In this document: positions 61,555-64,000 of the stretch, piece by piece | Layout of the letters: every line of letters starts with the position of its first letter | Numbering within the stretch: the first letter of the stretch is position 1 | Assembly: GCA_965203055.1 (NCBI GenBank) | Contig: OZ241863.1 | Coordinates: 2,496,001-2,560,000 of the forward strand | Reading direction: 5' to 3' | DNA: 64,000 nucleotides | From: Spirochaetia bacterium | GTDB lineage: Bacteria; Spirochaetota; Spirochaetia; SZUA-6; Bin103 | Notes under the pieces: generated by a model | What the model saw: only the letters and a program-made list of their open reading frames with translations | Databases searched by the model: none | What the model was told of the DNA's origin: nothing | Translations under genes and position numbers: made by a program

Positions 61555-62913
61555 TCACTGGTCTACCGGCGCCTGACGATCCTCGCCGGGGCGGCCGAAT
61601 CCGGCGCCGACGTGGCGGTAGCGGTGATGGGCGGCGCACAGCAGCCGGAGATTGTTCGGCTCGGCGGCGCCGCCGCAGGCATACGGCACGACGTGATCGA
61701 TCTGCAGCAGGTGTTGGGAGCCGCAGCGGCGCCCGCTGGTGCGGTCCACGTAGCGACAGCGGCCCCGGTCGCGCCGCCAGACCTCGCGCTTGACCGCCGC
61801 CGGGATGGCGCGGCCGGTCGCGCCGCCGGCCTTCGCTGCCGAAGTTTCGGTCCGCGCCGGCGGCGCGGGCTGCGCCGCGCCTGCCGTCGCAGCCTGCCGG
61901 CCGGGGCGCCGCGTCTTCGCCGCCGAAGTGGCGTCGCCCGCCGGCTTCGCTGCCGAAATATCCAGGCGGTCAGCGGCTTTGTCTCCCGGCTGCGCCGGCG
62001 CCTGAGCCGATACCTTCGCCGCCGAAGGAGCGGCGCTGTCCGCGCCGGCCTCCTGCTTCGCTGCCGGGGCAGCGCCGCGAGCCGAGGCCGCCTGCGTCTT
62101 CGCCGCCGAAGTCTGCTCGGCGCCGCGTGGCCGGCGCGGCGCGCCGCCCACGCGGCGGCCGGGCCGGATCGTGGCGGTCGAGCCCTTCCCGCACTAGCCG
62201 CGCCATGAGCTGCCCCAACGTCATATGCGGATCGACGTGGGACAGGAGGCCCTGGAGCCGCTCCAAGCCCCGCCGGCACTCATCGTCGATCACCGCTTTG
62301 AGCTCCCAGCGCCCGCCGCCCAGGGCCGCACCCGATCCGCCGGCGCCGCCAGCTCCGGGTCCACCTCGGCCAGCAACTGCATCACCTCCCGGCTGCTCTT
62401 GCCGGACGCCTGCTCCACCAGCTCCCGCCGCGCCTCCGGGTCCAGCACCGGCGCCGGCTTCCGCTCCGCCGGCCGCGGCGGCGCCGCGCCGTCCTGCGAC
62501 TGAGCGCCAGCCCCGAACCCGGCCCCGCCCGGCGCGCTACGCGCCGCCCGTTCCTTCTTGCGCTCCTGCCGGTCGAAGGCGTTCTGCAACTGCGCGGCCG
62601 TGTTCAGCGTCATCGTGCCATTCTGCAGGCGCTCCCGCACGCCCTCGACCTCCGCGCAGAGCCGCATCGCCTTGATGCGCCGCCACGCTGCGGCGTCGCT
62701 GTAACCCAGCTCGCGCACCGCGTAATCGAACAGGCTCGAGAACCCGCGCCGCAGATACAGGCGCCGCTTCTGAATCTCGCGCAGGTGGTCGATGACGACC
62801 ACTTCGAGATGGTGTTCGATGCGGGAAAGTTCCTTGGTTCGCTCCAGCAAGCGGTCGTCTGAGAGGGCGGATACGGTAGTAGTGACGGCCCCGTCGGAAG
62901 CATGTTTGTTCAT
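61555..62913 (-). pseudogene. HNH endonuclease with DUF222-like N-terminus, split by two frameshifts
   Basis: Three consecutive ORFs (62290..62913, 61970..62293, 61555..62151). N-terminus 'LSDDRLL...HL.E...RRLY...GFSSLFDY'; C-terminus 'RDRGRC...C...IDHVVP...GG....NL..LC..HH'. Confidence 0.8.
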
Positions 62914-62919
62914 GATATA

Positions 62920-62948
62920 AGTATAACCATAGAAACTACTTGAATCAA
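62920..62948 (-). promoter_or_regulatory. Sigma-70 promoter of the HNH gene (leaderless geometry)
   Basis: TTGATT-17 nt-TATACT, then 6 nt to the ATG; AT-rich. Confidence 0.7.
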
Positions 62949-63094
62949 GTTATTCGGCCAGGAAGATGCCACCTGCGGGCGTGACTCGGCTGCACATTTC
63001 CAAGCGCCTGGACGTTCCGTCAGATGCTACTGCCGAAAGTGTCGCCGGCGTCGAGCGACAGGGTTTCTTCTTACGGCCACAGGCGGCCTCGTCG

Positions 63095-64000
63095 GAGATA
63101 TTGTCAAGTCTTGTGGATTGAGAATCAGCCGAGCGCATCTCCAATCGTTCTGTCGTCTCTCTAAGCCGCTGCCTCCGTCAGCTCGCCGTCTACGAATTCA
63201 CGCCCCTCCATCACCAGGGGTATGAGTTTGAAGCCCATCAGCCGGCGCCACCTCCGCTGCGCTTCCAGCGCCAGCTTCCAGACCATCGTCAGCGTCGCCG
63301 CCCGCGACCCGCAGCCCTTCGTCCGCTTCGTCCGTCTTCGCCCGCCCCTGCACCGACTGCGGCATCTTGTCCAGCACGTTGCCGGCCTTGTGGAACCAGC
63401 AGGTCTGTTCCTCCGTTCCCGGATACACCTCCCGCAGCGCCGCCCAGAACCCCAACGCCCCGTCCGCCGTCGCCAGCCGCGGCCCCTTCGTCAGCCCACG
63501 CCGCCGCAGGTCCAACAGCAGCTCACACCACGCCGTCTTGCTCTCCCGGTAGCCGTCGCTGACCGCCACCACTTCCTTGCGCCCCTGCTCGTCGGCTCCC
63601 ATGATCACCAGGATGCAACTGCGCTCCTCGTCCAGCCGCACGTTCACGTGCAGGCCGTCGGCCCAGAAGTACACGTACCTCTTGCCGCTCAGATCACGCT
63701 GCGTCCACTCCTGGTACTCCGCTTCCCACACCTTCTTCAGCCGCACCACGTTGGTCGCGCTCAGCCCTGCGGCCTGCTCTCCCAGGATCGCCGCCAGCGC
63801 CTGCGAGAAGTCCCCGCTCGATACCCCCTTCAGGTACAGCGTCGGTATCAGGCTGTCCACACTCGGCGTCCGTCTCGCGTAGCGCGGCAGGATCGCGCTG
63901 CTGAACCTCGACTCTCCCTGCTTGGCGAGCTGGCGGTCATCGACCCGCGGCTGCCGGATCGGGATCGGACCGATCCCGGTGACCAACGAGCGCTTCGGCA
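63095..64000 (-). mobile_element. IS256 family insertion sequence, partial (runs off the window); transposase internally deleted and frameshifted
   Basis: Motifs 'LYLKGVS.GDF', 'Y.Y.WADG', 'DGYRES...W', 'DGALGFW', 'Q.CWFHK..N'. The true C-terminus 'TKRTKGCGSR..TL.MVWKL' is in another frame and ends at 63161. Candidate terminal IR GAGATATTGTCAAGTCTTGTG starts at about 63095. Confidence 0.88.

Noticed and set aside
61283..61639. ORFs with WDWDWD or PVPVPV tracts
   Set aside because: They are translations of the (CCAGTC)n microsatellite, with no other coding evidence.
61831..62111. CRISPR mini-array beside an HNH nuclease
   Set aside because: The repeats are only 14 bp, irregularly spaced and in frame within coding sequence. 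They are kept only as a coding palindromic repeat.

Overview
A 64-kb, very GC-rich chromosomal window, most likely from a Spirochaetota bacterium. The taxonomic call is an inference from the murG-cvpA-holB-like-histidine kinase-NtrC gene order, a stand-alone groES near an alternative sigma-70 factor, and spirochaete-style hypothetical proteins. Bases 1-16300 are a nutrient-uptake and catabolism block: two carbohydrate ABC systems, one peptide-family ABC system, and an iolD / transaldolase-like / sulfatase / Zn-dehydrogenase operon that starts directly behind tRNA-Val(TAC). Next come an Rpn (YhgA-like) nuclease and a lipoprotein with 14 GSGYT repeats and a C12 tract in its 5' region. Core genes follow: amt, pstCAB-phoU, a UvrD helicase, ppdK, an RpoS/SigA-like sigma factor with a sigma-54 promoter, groES, a DinG helicase, asd-lysC-lysA-dapF-aminotransferase, a J-domain protein, oppABC, a wecA-like gene, the NtrC/kinase pair, uvrB, comM and rnhA. 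The right end is accessory or decaying DNA: a second Rpn gene, a (CCAGTC)n microsatellite, a frameshifted HNH endonuclease and an internally deleted IS256. The most notable observations are the putative phase-variable repeat lipoprotein, a Borrelia-like Hk2/Rrp2-RpoN-RpoS cascade, the tRNA-led catabolic operon, nested RpnS antitoxin starts, and widespread leaderless promoter architecture. All calls come from reading motifs by eye; no database searches were run.
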